The notes beneath the pieces are model-generated. The model was not told where the DNA came from and made no database searches. It was given only the letters and a program-made list of their open reading frames with translations. Positions 1 to 11,486 of a stretch of 64,000 bases of DNA are shown here, in pieces. Both the position numbers and the translations under genes were made by a program. Location of the stretch: positions 3,224,001 to 3,288,000 of the forward strand of contig OZ218962.1 of the NCBI GenBank assembly GCA_965112735.1. Direction: 5' to 3'. Positions within the stretch are counted from its first letter, which is position 1. Every line of letters starts with the position of its first letter. Source of the stretch: Phaeosaccion multiseriatum. Taxonomy: Eukaryota; Protista; Ochrophyta, other classes.

Positions 1-889
1 CTCCCCCGAGCTGCGGCCCGTACGCTCGTCCAGCGACATCTTCCACGCGCCCACGCCCTCAAAGGAGGACGCGTCGGTAGCGGAGCACACCACAAAGGCG
101 CCGTGAAGGGCTTTGCACACGCTGCCCTTGATCTCGCGCTGACCGCCGTCGTAGTGGGGCGTCTTCCACAGAGTCAGGCCTACTCGGTAGTCGCCCACTT
201 TGAGCTGGGGAGGGAGGGAGGGAGGGAGGGAGGGAGGTGTAAGGAGAGAGAGGCCCTTCACCCACGAGTTGATCCCTCTTTCTCCTCCTTCACCCTCGGA
301 CCGCCCATACACCTCTACCCCACCTGCTTCTGCGTAAAGTCCAGCGCGGCGGAGGGCTCGTGCTCCTCCATAAAGGGCTTCTGCGTAATGTTCCGTAAGA
401 TGGAGCTCTTTCCGGTGACCCCATCCCCGCAGAGGAGAAGTGAGAGTTTGATGCCGTCGTTCTTGGCGTTGGTCGGCGACATGAAACGCTGTGCGCGCGA
501 CTGGGAAGGTTTCCGTTGCAGCCGCCTGTCCGTGCAAAGGGGAGAGTAAGGGTGAGCGGAGAGGAGGGGAAAGGGGAGAGAGAAACAAACGCGTTTTCAC
601 GCCGAGACGCAAGCTGACTTACCCTACGGACAGCTGCTTCCCTGTGGCCTGCAGGGAACTCGCCCTCCTGTGAGGAGGGGGGAAGGGAAACGGCCGAGAG
701 CAAAGACATGTCAGCAATGGCATCCTCTCTCGATTGTCCCTCCCATACTCGCCATTGCCTTCCTGCCCCTTTTCCTCTTGCCTGCAGGACTCACCCTGTG
801 GACAGCGGTGGCGGGGGGGCGGCGTGCCTGGCGGGGCCGCCGCTGCTGCTGCTGCTGCGGGGGATGGGGCGTGGTGGCGACGACGACAT
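1..889 (-). CDS. Atypical Rab-like small GTPase (Rab32/38/29-like) with Ser/Pro-rich N-terminal extension; runs off the window start
   Basis: Phase-consistent exons 889-795, 667-623, 525-324 and 204-<1. They encode KLSLLLCGDGVTGKSSIL (P-loop), PFMEEHEPSAALDFTQKQ, LTLWKTPHYDGGQRE and GAFVVCSATDASSFEGVGAWKMSLD. Confidence 0.75.
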
Positions 890-1299
890 GGCCCCCTTCT
901 GTTGCTGCTGGTACCACCACTTACTGCTTCCAAAGCTCCCACAGAAGCGTGTGTGCGTCTATGCCAACGATATTAAAGCAGCGACTATTCTGCGCAGGCT
1001 CCTGAGTGAGAGCTAAACCGCTCCTTCCCCCCACACCTGCAAAATGCTTTCGTGCCGTGTATGCCCTTCTCCCACAGATCACTCCGCGCTGTGTTGCTCT
1101 TTTCCCCTTTTTGCTCCACAACTTCGGGTTCTGTGGGAAGAATAAGGCAATGGGAAAGTCGACACGTTTTGGAACATCCCTTCCACCCCTCTGCTGCGTG
1201 CTTCGTGGGGTTGGGTCCTGGGCAAACCAACGTGAAGACAGAGTGGAATGAGGAGACCTATCGAGGCTGCTGCACAGAACGAGGAGCAGCGCCTTGGAA

Positions 1300-4200
1300 A
1301 TGGAGCCCAATGGCTTCTTTCGAGGGGCGAAGGGAGCCCAGATGCTGGCCCAGTTCAGGGCGGTGGCTGAGCATGACACACCGGAAGGACCAGCGTCAAG
1401 TCCTGGTGGAGCTGCGGAGGCAGGAGAGGCTTTTGGAAGGGCCGGACCGGAAGGAGGGCGTGGAGGACACACAGCGGGCGCGGTGGAGGCTTACACCGCT
1501 GCTGCTGCCGACGACTTTGCCAGGCGGAGGAGGAAGAGGAGCTTGCCTCTGCAGCTGACGCCCCTCCACTTCTCCCAAGAGGCGCTGCGGACGCTGCCCT
1601 TCCGCCTCGTACCTCAGAGAGACTCCTCAGGTAGGTGGTTGGTCTTCCTCCAATCTCCCCTCTCCCTCCCTAGCTCCCTCCCTCATTCCCTCCTTCTCTT
1701 TTCCTCATGTTCTAACTACCGAACCACTTCGCTCTATAATGTAACTCACTCACTCCCTCCCTCCCTCACTCACTCACTCGCTCACTCGCTCACTCACTCG
1801 CTCACTCACTCACTCACTCACTCACTCACTCACTCACTCACTCACTCACTCACTCACTCACTCACTCACTCACTCACTCAACCACTCAACCACTCACTCA
1901 CTCACTACTCACTCACTCAGTCACTCACTCAGTCACTCACTCACTCACTCACTCACTCACTCCCTCACCCTCTCACTGACTCACCCTCTTACTCGCTCCA
2001 CCCCCCCGACTCCACGCCTCTCCTCTCCTCGCCAGGCCGGGCGATACTGGCAGTGTCGCTGCCGGAGCTCGAAGCGTGGAGGGAGCGCCACAGCCCCTCT
2101 GGCCATGCCTTCCCCGCGCCCTCCCCCTCCCCTCATGCCTCCACCCTTCCCTCCGTGTCGGCGGCGGATGCGTGCCTGGCGCTGACTTACCTCGTGCAGG
2201 AGGCAAGTAGACCCTTACGCCCCGTCACACACACGCACACGCACAGGAACGGCACCAGCGTGGACGGTGACAGAGGGCCCAACCGCCCCCCAGCTCCACT
2301 CGGTAGCGACGGTAGCGCTCATTCCGTCAACATCAGCAGCAGCAGTAGCAGCAGCAGTAGCAGCAACAGCAACAGCAGCAGCACTCACACGAGAGGCAGC
2401 AGTGCAGCGGAGTCGGGGGCGTGCCAGTGGCCTGCCCTCCCCGGGCGGCTCGTGGTGGTGGTGGACGCTGCCCACGCGAAGGTCGACGCCGCCCTGCACG
2501 CACTCCTGAGCCGCCCCCCGGTGCTCGGGGTGCTCGGGGGAGGATGGCAGCAGACGGCCTCGCGGCCCTCTTGTGCATCGCCACCCCAACCTTCCTCCTT
2601 CCCCCCTCCTCCTCCTTCTACTACTACTTCTACTACTACTACTAATGCTACTACCACTACTACTACTACTACTGCTGCTACTACTACTACTATTACTACT
2701 ACTACTACTACCACTACTCCTACTAGTTCTCTCCCCCCGCCCTCTCCTACTCCGCCCCCTTCCTCCGCCCCTCCTGTGTCTAGCCGGGCCCCCTCTCTCC
2801 TCCAAGTGCACAAGGTGGTCGTTCAGGGGCTCGGGATTGGCATGGAGGGCCTGGGTTTGCGTCCCGCCCCCCGTGGGGAGCACCCACCGCCAGGACATGC
2901 ATCGCCGCACACGCACACACACACGCACACACAAGCCCCCACGCCCCCCCCGGGAGAGAAGGAGGGCTGCTCTGCTCTTGCCCTCCCGCCCCCCGGGGCC
3001 ATGGACTTTCCCGCCAGTGTGCACGCCGTATATGTGGTGAATGCCTCCTGGGGGCTCCGAGCTGCCATTCGGGCCAAGCGCCTCGTGGCCAAGGAGAGAG
3101 AAGCCATGCTGCTGTACAAGGTAGGGAGAGGCACGCACGTGGGTTAGGTTAGAGGGATATGGGGGGCTGTTGTGTTGTCTTCATCGCAGCTCGGACTTGC
3201 TCCAGCTGTGTGTTTTCAAGTACTGAGGCAGCAGGCCCGGTGTACGATTGATTGACTTGATGAGTGCCCGCCTCCCTCTCCTTCGCCGAAGGTGTGCTGC
3301 ATCGGAGCTGGAGACGAGGGGCAGCTGAGGGAATTGGGCATCGGCCATGTGTTCGGCCCAACTTTCGCTCCCCAGCGGGGGCTCTCTCCAGAGGGCCGGG
3401 CCAGCGGAACCGCCAGCAGCAATGCATGTGTCAAGGGAAGCAGCAGTAGTAGTAGTGACAGCAGCAGTTGGTTGTACAGCAGCCAGTTGGAGTGGGAGTG
3501 GCAGCGGTGGATTGCGCTGCACACCGCAGTGCAGGAGAGCCGTTTCCGAGACCACATGCAGGACCAGCTCAAGGACGGGGCTGCGCTGGGGGCGTGGTTC
3601 AGAGGCGCGAGGAGGGAAGGTGGCGAGCAGGCTTGGAGACGCGCTCTCCGGGCTCTGGCGGAGTACGGCCCGCTGGTGGTGCCCCAGGGGGGCGGGTGGG
3701 GCAGAGGACTTCCGAGTCGAGGAGGAAGAGATCGAGCAGAAGAAGCGACGAATGGGACCGATTCGGAGAGGGGTCCTGACACCCAACAGCGACAGGCCAA
3801 GAAGGACCTGGGCAGAGACGTCATTGTCATCAACGGCAAGGAGGTGGGCTGCCATCCCTCTCCCTCTCCCTCTCCCTCTCCCTCTCCCTCTCCCTCTCCC
3901 TCTCCCGCCCAGCCAAGGCGGAAGCTGGCGCGCTCGGGGAGTGAGCGCTGGCAAGACGCAGTGGGCACTCTCGGGGCGGCCATTGACGCCACAGCAGCAG
4001 CCTCACTGCACCGTGGGGATGGGGAGGGGGCTCCGAGTCGGGGCGGTGGCAGTGGCGGGGGCGGTGCAGGAACAAGCACATGCTCTGTGCGATGCTCTGC
4101 CCTTTCGGCGGCGTCTCGCGTGCTTTCCCTGTGCAGCCGCACCGCCATTGGAGGAGACGTACTCGACGCCGTCACGGGCCTGCTCGCCGTGGGGGGGCAG

Positions 4201-4941
4201 GAGCAGCAGCAGCAGCATTCAGCTCAAGAGGTGTATGGGCAGCGGGAGGAGGCAGATGGCAGTGGATGGGCGGGGCAGGGCCTGGAGGTGTCCCTGCAGC
4301 ACGTGCAGGACTTTCAATCGCCAATCACCATGCGGGTCTGCAGCCCCCCGAGGATGGCGGGCACGGAGCCGTGCGACGCACCGCTTCAAGGTCCTCAAGT
4401 GGTCGTGGAGGTGAGCACGAGCCTTGCCTTCGACGTGCGCGTGCATCGCGAGGATCGTCGGGGCGGGGCTGCGCTCAGGAGGTGCGGGCGCGTGGAGGGC
4501 CGGTGGAGGCGGGCGTACACAGCCACTCTTGCTCTCGCTGCGGGGGAGGAGGAGGAGGAGGGTGAGGAGGAGGACGAGCTGGAGGAGGAGCTGGAGGAGG
4601 AAGAAGGGGAGGTGGAGGTGCAGGGGGAGGCGAAGCTCTCAGAGGCAAGCAGGGCCAGCAGCAGCAGCAGTCATACGGGAAGCAGGTCGATAAGGTCGAT
4701 GTCGAAGTCGAAGTCGATGCGCGTGGTGGAGGAAGGCCTGCAGTTTGTTGAGATAACTGCCACGCTGCCCGCGAGGGGGGACAGCTCAAGAAACGCGTCT
4801 ATGTCTCCTCCTCCACCGCTCCGGCAACGTGTATTGCATGGGATAGGGGCAGGGGCAGAGAAAGGAGCAGAGGTAGGAGCAGGGGCAGAGCAAGGGGCAG
4901 GAGCAGAAGCCTTCTCGCACGGTGAGTGCAGGGCAGGAGCA

Positions 4942-4974
<33 letters not shown>

Positions 4975-5181
4975 CCAGGACCAGGACCAGGAGCAGGAGC
5001 AGCAGGAGCAGGAGCAGGAGCAGGAGGAGCAGCAGGAGCAGGAGGAGCAGGGGCAAGGGTCGCCTTGCCACACGCCCTTTCATCGCATGGACCGAGGGCC
5101 GCTGCATCGCCTCCCAAGGGGGGGGGGTTCTCCATAGCAGCGCTGGCGGGGATTGCAGCAGACGCAGTGCCGATGGACTGA
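1300..5181 (+). CDS. CRAL-TRIO/Sec14-like domain protein with long low-complexity insertions and an unknown C-terminal region
   Basis: Introns 1631-2035 and 3121-3291 are phase-consistent. Sec14-like blocks: RDSSG|RAILAV, LVVVVDAAH, DFPASVHAVYVVNASW and YK|VCCIG..QLRELGI. The start codon is uncertain. Confidence 0.55.
1744..1985 (+). repeat. (CTCA)n microsatellite in intron 1 of the CRAL-TRIO gene
   Basis: Directly visible ctcactcactca array upstream of the acceptor at 2035. Confidence 0.95.
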
Positions 5182-5370
5182 GCTCTCTGTCTGTCTGCCC
5201 GTCTGTCTGTCTGTCTGTCTGTCCGTCTCTCTCGCTCTGTTCATCAAGAGGGCTGTCAGCAGCCCGTGTCCCCTCTGGCTTTGTGACCACTTGTGCAAGG
5301 GCTGACATGTAAATACAGTTTTGAGTTTTGACGAGTGTGCAAAGGACTTCTTTATTACATTACGATGTCC

Positions 5371-5428
5371 CAATGGCCGATAGGCAGGCAATGGCCGATA
5401 GGCAGGCAATCGCCGATAGGCAGGCAAT
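5371..5428. repeat. 18-bp tandem repeat x3 (ggccgataggcaggcaat)
   Basis: Directly visible. Confidence 0.85.
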
Positions 5429-6142
5429 GCGGCAAGACTTGAAATATACACAACTGCACCGTCCCACCGGGGGCAAACGAGGTTCGTGGCAGGGGCTGCG
5501 GCTGTGGCAGTAGTGCGGCTGTGGCAGTGGGGCAGCAGCCAACGCACGCGGCAGAGGTAAGCCTAGAGCCTCCGGGGGAGGGCATTCCACAGGAGATGCG
5601 AGTGGTGTTGCGCACGTGGCAGCGGAGACCCCTCCAGAGTGGCCCAGAGTGACGAGCTTTGGCCCTCTTGTCGCATGGCGATTGTCGAATTCCCAAGCTC
5701 CTGGTTCCACTTCCCGTGCGGCTTTAATCACTTCTATCACTACCCCTGCGCTGCTGGCGGGGCTGGAGGTGTACATGGAGGTGGGGTATCGCTGCTGCCA
5801 TTCCGTGGTCATCTGAGCAGTGGCTGTGCCATCAGCAGAGAGGCCCGTCTACAGTTGCCAAGGCCGGCTCTGCAGCGCTCAAACTCAATTTCCTCTCCCG
5901 GTGGGGCAGTGCCATAGCACCACACCGCCGTACCTCCTTGTCTCGCTGCCGTATCGCCAACTGCTGCATCTGCTGCTGCCACTGTCCCGCATGAGCTACC
6001 CGCGGCAGCCCAGGCTATTTTTACCCTAAGCTCCAGCAATGGGCCCAGAACCCCCCCCCCCGCTTGTCCGCGTGTCTTGCCTTATCCTAACCGTAGTCCA
6101 TAGTATAATAGTATCTGTCCTCCTCGGCAGTCGCCAGCAGTC

Positions 6143-8308
6143 CTACCAGTTCAAGTAGGCGGCAGCCCCTGCAGAGGGAAGAAGCGACCAAGACCACACA
6201 CGATGGATGGCAATGGAGAGAGAGGGGAGAGATTCATGGTTACGGTTACAACATGCCTTGAGTTGGCCCTCTGCGGTGCACAAGGTACACATGTTTAGAC
6301 ACGAAACCGAAGCTCCACATCACTTCGGCTCACCTTGCAGGAAAGGGTGTCCCACATAGGCCCCGAGCACGATGGCGGTGATGATGAGGTAGGGTCCCCT
6401 GGCGAACTCCTTCCAGTAGTCATCGGGCAGCGTCTGCCGCCCCTCCCACACCGCCTGGAACGGGACCACGCTCGTGCGCGCCTTGACCTGCGCAGGCAAA
6501 GGAGTGAGCGAAGCAGAGTGAGCGGAAATGATGCTTCGGCTTGTTGTCCTCACCCAATCAGATCCTGTCAGAAGCAAGATGGACCGCTTGCCCCGGCTAC
6601 CGCCCTGAATGCGTGACTGCCTGAATGCGTGACTGCCACACTGATTTACTGCCTGACTGCCTGAATGCGTGACTGCCTACCCATGTGCCTGAATGCGTGA
6701 CTGCCTGACTGCCTGACCGACCCATGTGCCTGATTGCCTGACTGGCCCATATGCCTGACTGACCAATGTGCCTGATTGCCTGACTGACCCATATGCCTGA
6801 CTGACCCATATGCCTGACCTGCTCGAAGGCCTCTCCGTACTTTGCTCCCAGGCGGCGGTCCCCGTGCGGAATGGAGAAGGCGTGGTGTGCCATGAGCAGC
6901 GCCGAGGTGAGCAGCGTGAAGGACGTGCCGATGTACAGAGAGTGCGCCAGGCACCACATGGCCTGCCCCACGAACTGGGGATGGCGGGTGATGCGCATAA
7001 TGCCTATGGCGATGGCAGTGGACAGGCGATGGCAGTGGACAGGGGGGGGGGGGGTTAGGTGTAAGTTTGTTTTCGAGGGCAGATTGGGGGTGGGGAGAAG
7101 CGGGGCACCAAGGACGAAGGAAGGAAGGAAAGAAGGAATGGAAACGCAAATGGTCCAGGCATACACGCCCCAGACGTTCGAATAAGGCGTTGCGTGACAC
7201 CCCCGGTTAACATTTCCAAACAGTACAGTACCTGTCTCCCACATGTGCAACTTGGGCTTGTCGACGGCGGCCACCTCCAGCAGGTTGAAGGTGGAGGGGT
7301 ACAGGAACAGGAAGCTCAGTGCGCTCAGGAAGAAGACGCCCTCGTGCACGCCGGGCACCAGCCGCACGTCCCACAGCTGCGTGCCGTCGTAGCGGTGGTT
7401 GATGAAGTACACCACCGGGGACAGCGCCAGGGGGAGGCTCACCTGCACCGGTTGGTCATATATACAGCAGTCAGTCAGTCGGAGGAATGCGTGTGTGTAA
7501 GGTATCGAGGGAGAATTCTGGGCCCTGTGTGGAGAGAGGGCGCAGAGGGCTTCCTGGGGGCGCCCTCAGCGCACGTCCTTCTCCCTTTCTCTTCGCGAGA
7601 CACCTTCTTCCTCCCACTCCCTCCCTCCCTCCCTCATCCACTCACCACCCCGAACAGGACCCTCCACGCCCTCGCCCCGATGATGTCCTCCCCCTTGGCC
7701 CTGAGGCCCGCAAGGCCGCTGTGTGCCACCGCGAAGATGCCCAACAGCAGAGTGATGGTCCCCTCGTGGCTGCCCCCCACCAAGCTTTCCAGCACGCGGA
7801 TGTAGTCGTCCCCGAAGCCGGTGTCCGGGTTGATCCACAGCACGTCCAGCGCCCCCAGCACGGTGATGAGCACGGCGAGGAAGCGCACCCACTGGATGCC
7901 GCGCTCCTGCTCCAGGCTGAACACGGCCGCGTCTTCTCCGATCAGCTCCTGCTCGTTGGCCGCCGACATGGACAGGCTGGTGCTGCTGCTGCTTCTACTG
8001 TGGTTATCACTGCTAAGACTGTTGATACTGCTACTGCTACCAGAGCCACCACTAGTACTACTCGCCACGCCATTGCTGCTGCTGCTCATGGAGTCCCAGA
8101 AAGCCTGCTGTTCCTGCTGCAGCGACGGAAGTGCCCCTCTCACGTGGCTGCCTCGTGTGCAGAGGACTCTATCGCTACCAGCTCCCTTGCCACTGACTCT
8201 GCCTCCTTTCATGCAACGGGCAGGGTGTACCGCGAAGCCATGGGTCTTCTCCGGCAGCAGCAGGAGACATGCCGCAGCCGCGCTTAACACCAAATAATGT
8301 CGCACCAT
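6143..8308 (-). CDS. Z-ISO: 15-cis-zeta-carotene isomerase (NnrU family), probably plastid-targeted
   Basis: Conserved blocks LIGEDAAVFSL, FAVAHSGLAGLR, VYFINHRYDG, FLYPSTFNLLEVAAVDKPKLHMWETG|IMRITRHPQ, GDRRL, RTSVVPF and C-terminal HPFLQG|AAAYLNW*. The N-terminus is signal-peptide-like and ends THG|FAV. Confidence 0.95.
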
Positions 8309-8452
8309 GCCGCTCACGCGATTATTGGCCCTCGCGTTGCCCCTTGGTTCTCCTTTGCATGAAGGAGCGGGAAAATATCGGGTGCCATCCCGGCGCGCTG
8401 TGACGATCGGTTTCAGGCAAAGAACGACAGACAGGGAAGAACAGAGCCCACA

Positions 8453-10384
8453 ATGGGGGAGGATCGAAATAGAAGTAGTCCTCAGGAGGCGGCAGCTTCC
8501 AGATTGGCCACGGCGGCCTTGAGAACTGTGGCAGCCTTCCTACCTAGAGAGAAAGGTTTGTGGGGAGTGTGCAAGGAGGTGGATGAGGTCACCTCCCGGA
8601 GGCTGGTGGTCAATGCCCTCATGCCTGACAGTGTCCAACGCCGTATGCTGAGTGGGCTGAAGCAGCAGAAGGAGGAGGGGAATAGAAGCGCTGCTATTGC
8701 TTTGTCAACAGATGCCATGATGCCATGTACGACGGTCAATGCTGTTGCTCCTGCGAGGGGGAAAGTAGGCGGCGCGGAGGAGGTACAAAGGTCGGAGAGG
8801 GGTCGGACAAGGCAAGAAGATCAGCATAAGGGACCGCGTGGGAAGATGCAGCGCAAAGAGGCTGCAGAGAGACGCTTCTTTCGCGTCGTGGCTGTGAAGC
8901 TCGGTTTCAAGGAGGAGGGTTGTTCTGCCAATGATGCTCTCGTTGGAAAGGTCCTGGCGCTTTTGCCACGCTCGGTCAAGCATGTACGTTCCTGTGACCA
9001 CTTCAATCAGTCCAATGTGGTTCTTCCTTGTGGTGTGGAAGAGGTGGTGATGGGGGATGACTTTGACCACCCTCTCGCCCTGCCTGCCTCGCTCAAGAAG
9101 ATTAGATTTGGCAATCGCTTCAATCAGCAGCTTGCCCTCCCTTGTGGTGTGGAGGAGGTGCAGATGGGGTTTGGGTTTAACCAACCTCTGGACCTGCCCG
9201 CCTCGCTCAAGAAGGTGGACATGGGGTTTCACTTCAATCTCCCTCTGGAGCTGCCTGCCTCGCTCAAGAGGATCAAATTTGACCGGGGCGCGAGGTTCAA
9301 TCAGCACTTGGTCCTTCCTTGTGGTGTGGAGGAGGTGGAGATGGGGGTTTGCTTTAACCTCCCTCTGGACCTGCCTTCGTCGCTCAAGAAGATTTCGTTT
9401 TGCTGGGGGTCTCAGTTCAATCAGCACTTGGTTCTTCCTTGCGGTGTGGAGGAAGTGGACATGGGGTTTCACTTTAACCTCCCCCTGGATCTGCCTGCTT
9501 CTCTCAAGAAGATCAAGTTTGCTTGGTATTTCAACGAGCACGTGGTCCTTCCTTGCGGTGTGGAGGAGGTGCAGATGGGGCTTGCATTTAACCGCCCTCT
9601 GGACCTTCCTGCCTCGCTCAAGAAGATCAAATTTGGCATTTTCTTTAATCAGCACGTGGTCCTTCCTGCCGGCGTGGAGGAGGTGGAGATGGGGCGGTAC
9701 TTTAACCTCCCTCTGGACCTCCCTGCCTCGCTCAAGAAGATCAAGTTTGACCGGGGCGCCATGTTCAATCAGCAATTGGTCCTTCCTTGCGGGTTGGAGG
9801 AACTGGAGATGGGGTATTTCTTTAACTTCCCCCTGGACCTGCCTGCCTCGCTCAAGAAGATCAAATTTGGCGTCAAGTTGAATCAGCAATTGGTCATTCC
9901 TTGCGGTGTGGAGGAGTTGGCTATCTCGCAGGACTTTAACCTCCCTCTTGACCTTCCTGCCTCGCTCAAGAAGATCACATTCGGCTGTTACTTCAATCAG
10001 CACGTGGTCCTTCCTTGCGGCGTGGAGGAGGTGGAGATGGGGCATCACTTTAATCTCTCTCTGGAGCTGCCTGCCTCCCTGAAGAAGATCAAATTCGGCG
10101 ACACGTTCAATCAGCGTGTGGCCCTTCCTGACGGGGTGGAGGAGGTGGTGATGGGGAGTGACTTTAACCTCCCTCTAAACCTCCCTGCTTCTCTTCGGAC
10201 TCTCGAGCTGGGGTGGAGCTACACCTGGCCTTTTGAGAGCCTGCCTGCTGGCCTGAGGAAGCTCACAGTTGGGAGGGACTATCCGCTGCCTGCAGATCTA
10301 CCCGAGGGGCTGACGGTGACTCGCTCCTCCTGTAAGGCCGATGGGACATGGGGAGGACGATACAGCTTCAACGGCTGGTTTTGA
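8453..10384 (+). CDS. Intronless FNIP-type repeat protein with F-box-like N-terminal motif (paralog 1)
   Basis: 643-aa ORF with LRTVAAFLP..LWGVCKEVDE, then about 10 A/B repeat pairs FNQHxVLPCGVEEVEMGxx / FNLPLDLPASLKKIKFxx and a capping motif. Confidence 0.85.
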   Translation: MGEDRNRSSPQEAAASRLATAALRTVAAFLPREKGLWGVCKEVDEVTSRRLVVNALMPDSVQRRMLSGLKQQKEEGNRSAAIALSTDAMMPCTTVNAVAPARGKVGGAEEVQRSERGRTRQEDQHKGPRGKMQRKEAAERRFFRVVAVKLGFKEEGCSANDALVGKVLALLPRSVKHVRSCDHFNQSNVVLPCGVEEVVMGDDFDHPLALPASLKKIRFGNRFNQQLALPCGVEEVQMGFGFNQPLDLPASLKKVDMGFHFNLPLELPASLKRIKFDRGARFNQHLVLPCGVEEVEMGVCFNLPLDLPSSLKKISFCWGSQFNQHLVLPCGVEEVDMGFHFNLPLDLPASLKKIKFAWYFNEHVVLPCGVEEVQMGLAFNRPLDLPASLKKIKFGIFFNQHVVLPAGVEEVEMGRYFNLPLDLPASLKKIKFDRGAMFNQQLVLPCGLEELEMGYFFNFPLDLPASLKKIKFGVKLNQQLVIPCGVEELAISQDFNLPLDLPASLKKITFGCYFNQHVVLPCGVEEVEMGHHFNLSLELPASLKKIKFGDTFNQRVALPDGVEEVVMGSDFNLPLNLPASLRTLELGWSYTWPFESLPAGLRKLTVGRDYPLPADLPEGLTVTRSSCKADGTWGGRYSFNGWF

Positions 10385-11486
10385 AGAGAGGCAGGAGACG
10401 AGAAAGGGCGCCAAAGCCTAGCTAGGTTGAAACTTTTTAACTGCACTATGACTATGTCCCTTCAATGCTCTGCCTACACTATGACTATCAACTATGCCCC
10501 CTCGATGCTCTGCTCATGCTCCCGTGCTCTCGGCAAGTGGTGGGGAAAAGAAAGAAGGGAAGGCCGAGCGTTGGTTTCCGAGACGGAATTTTTACCTCCC
10601 ACCCCCTTTCACTCTCCCTTGCACCGCGTCACCCGACCAAATTTCCTTTCTGCTTTCGTTCTGCGGTACGTGAGTCGCCCATAGTGCACGGTAGTGAAGG
10701 TGCTGAGCGTGAAGGTAGCATTGGTTTTATTCGATGCTTATTTGGGAAGGAGAGCTCAGAGTTTGAAGAAGATGAAGGTGGGGGAGATATGAGAATTCGA
10801 ATCGCGCGTTCGTGTTAATCAAACCCTAATGCTTTCCTCTTCCTCCTTCCTCTCCTGTTACTTGTAATTTTGCGTACTGCAAGACCACCCCCTTTATTCG
10901 ACCCTTGACCCGAAAACCTTCTCTCCCCCCGTTTTTTTCTTTCTTGTTTCTCTTCCACCTCCCTCCTGCCTTTATTTGTATTACACGTGCTTATTACAAG
11001 AGCCCCCCCCCATTGTCTGACCCTTGGGCCGGTTGAAGAGAGGGAGAGAGGAGAGGCGAAAGATTGAGCCGGAGAGTAGGATAGGGAGCGAATGTTTTAC
11101 TTCTAACACCTCCCTTTTCGTTGCCACTCTCTCCCCTCCCCTGCTCAGACGGAAGAGAGCATGCCGCTCTTTCGTGGTGCACTGTGCCTCAATCCCCTCT
11201 CATACTCAATGCTCTCAAACCTCGCTAATCTCAATGCTCCCTCCCGTGTGCCTCCCGTGTGGCACTCCTCTCTCCCACCTCACTGCTGGCAGGTGTGCGC
11301 TACACTTTACAGCTCTCTCTGAGTCTGTGCCCCTCTGGTGTTGTAGCGAAGGAAGCGGGAGCAGGCTTTAGCAAAGTACCCTGTCGCGGAGGCGACAGTG
11401 CCCGAGGGCGAGGCAGTGAGGCAGCTCCCTCCGCGCTCCCTCTTCTCCCTCTCGCAGGATACAAGGATAAGGTAGCTTTGGTCGCC

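Noticed and set aside
5360-6039. Two abutting minus-strand ORFs, separated by a TGA and a frame change
   Set aside because: No recognisable family, no SECIS or splice model; the region lies between converging 3' ends and is probably UTR or a remnant
8705-10048. 447-aa minus-strand ORF
   Set aside because: Antisense shadow of the repetitive FNIP gene
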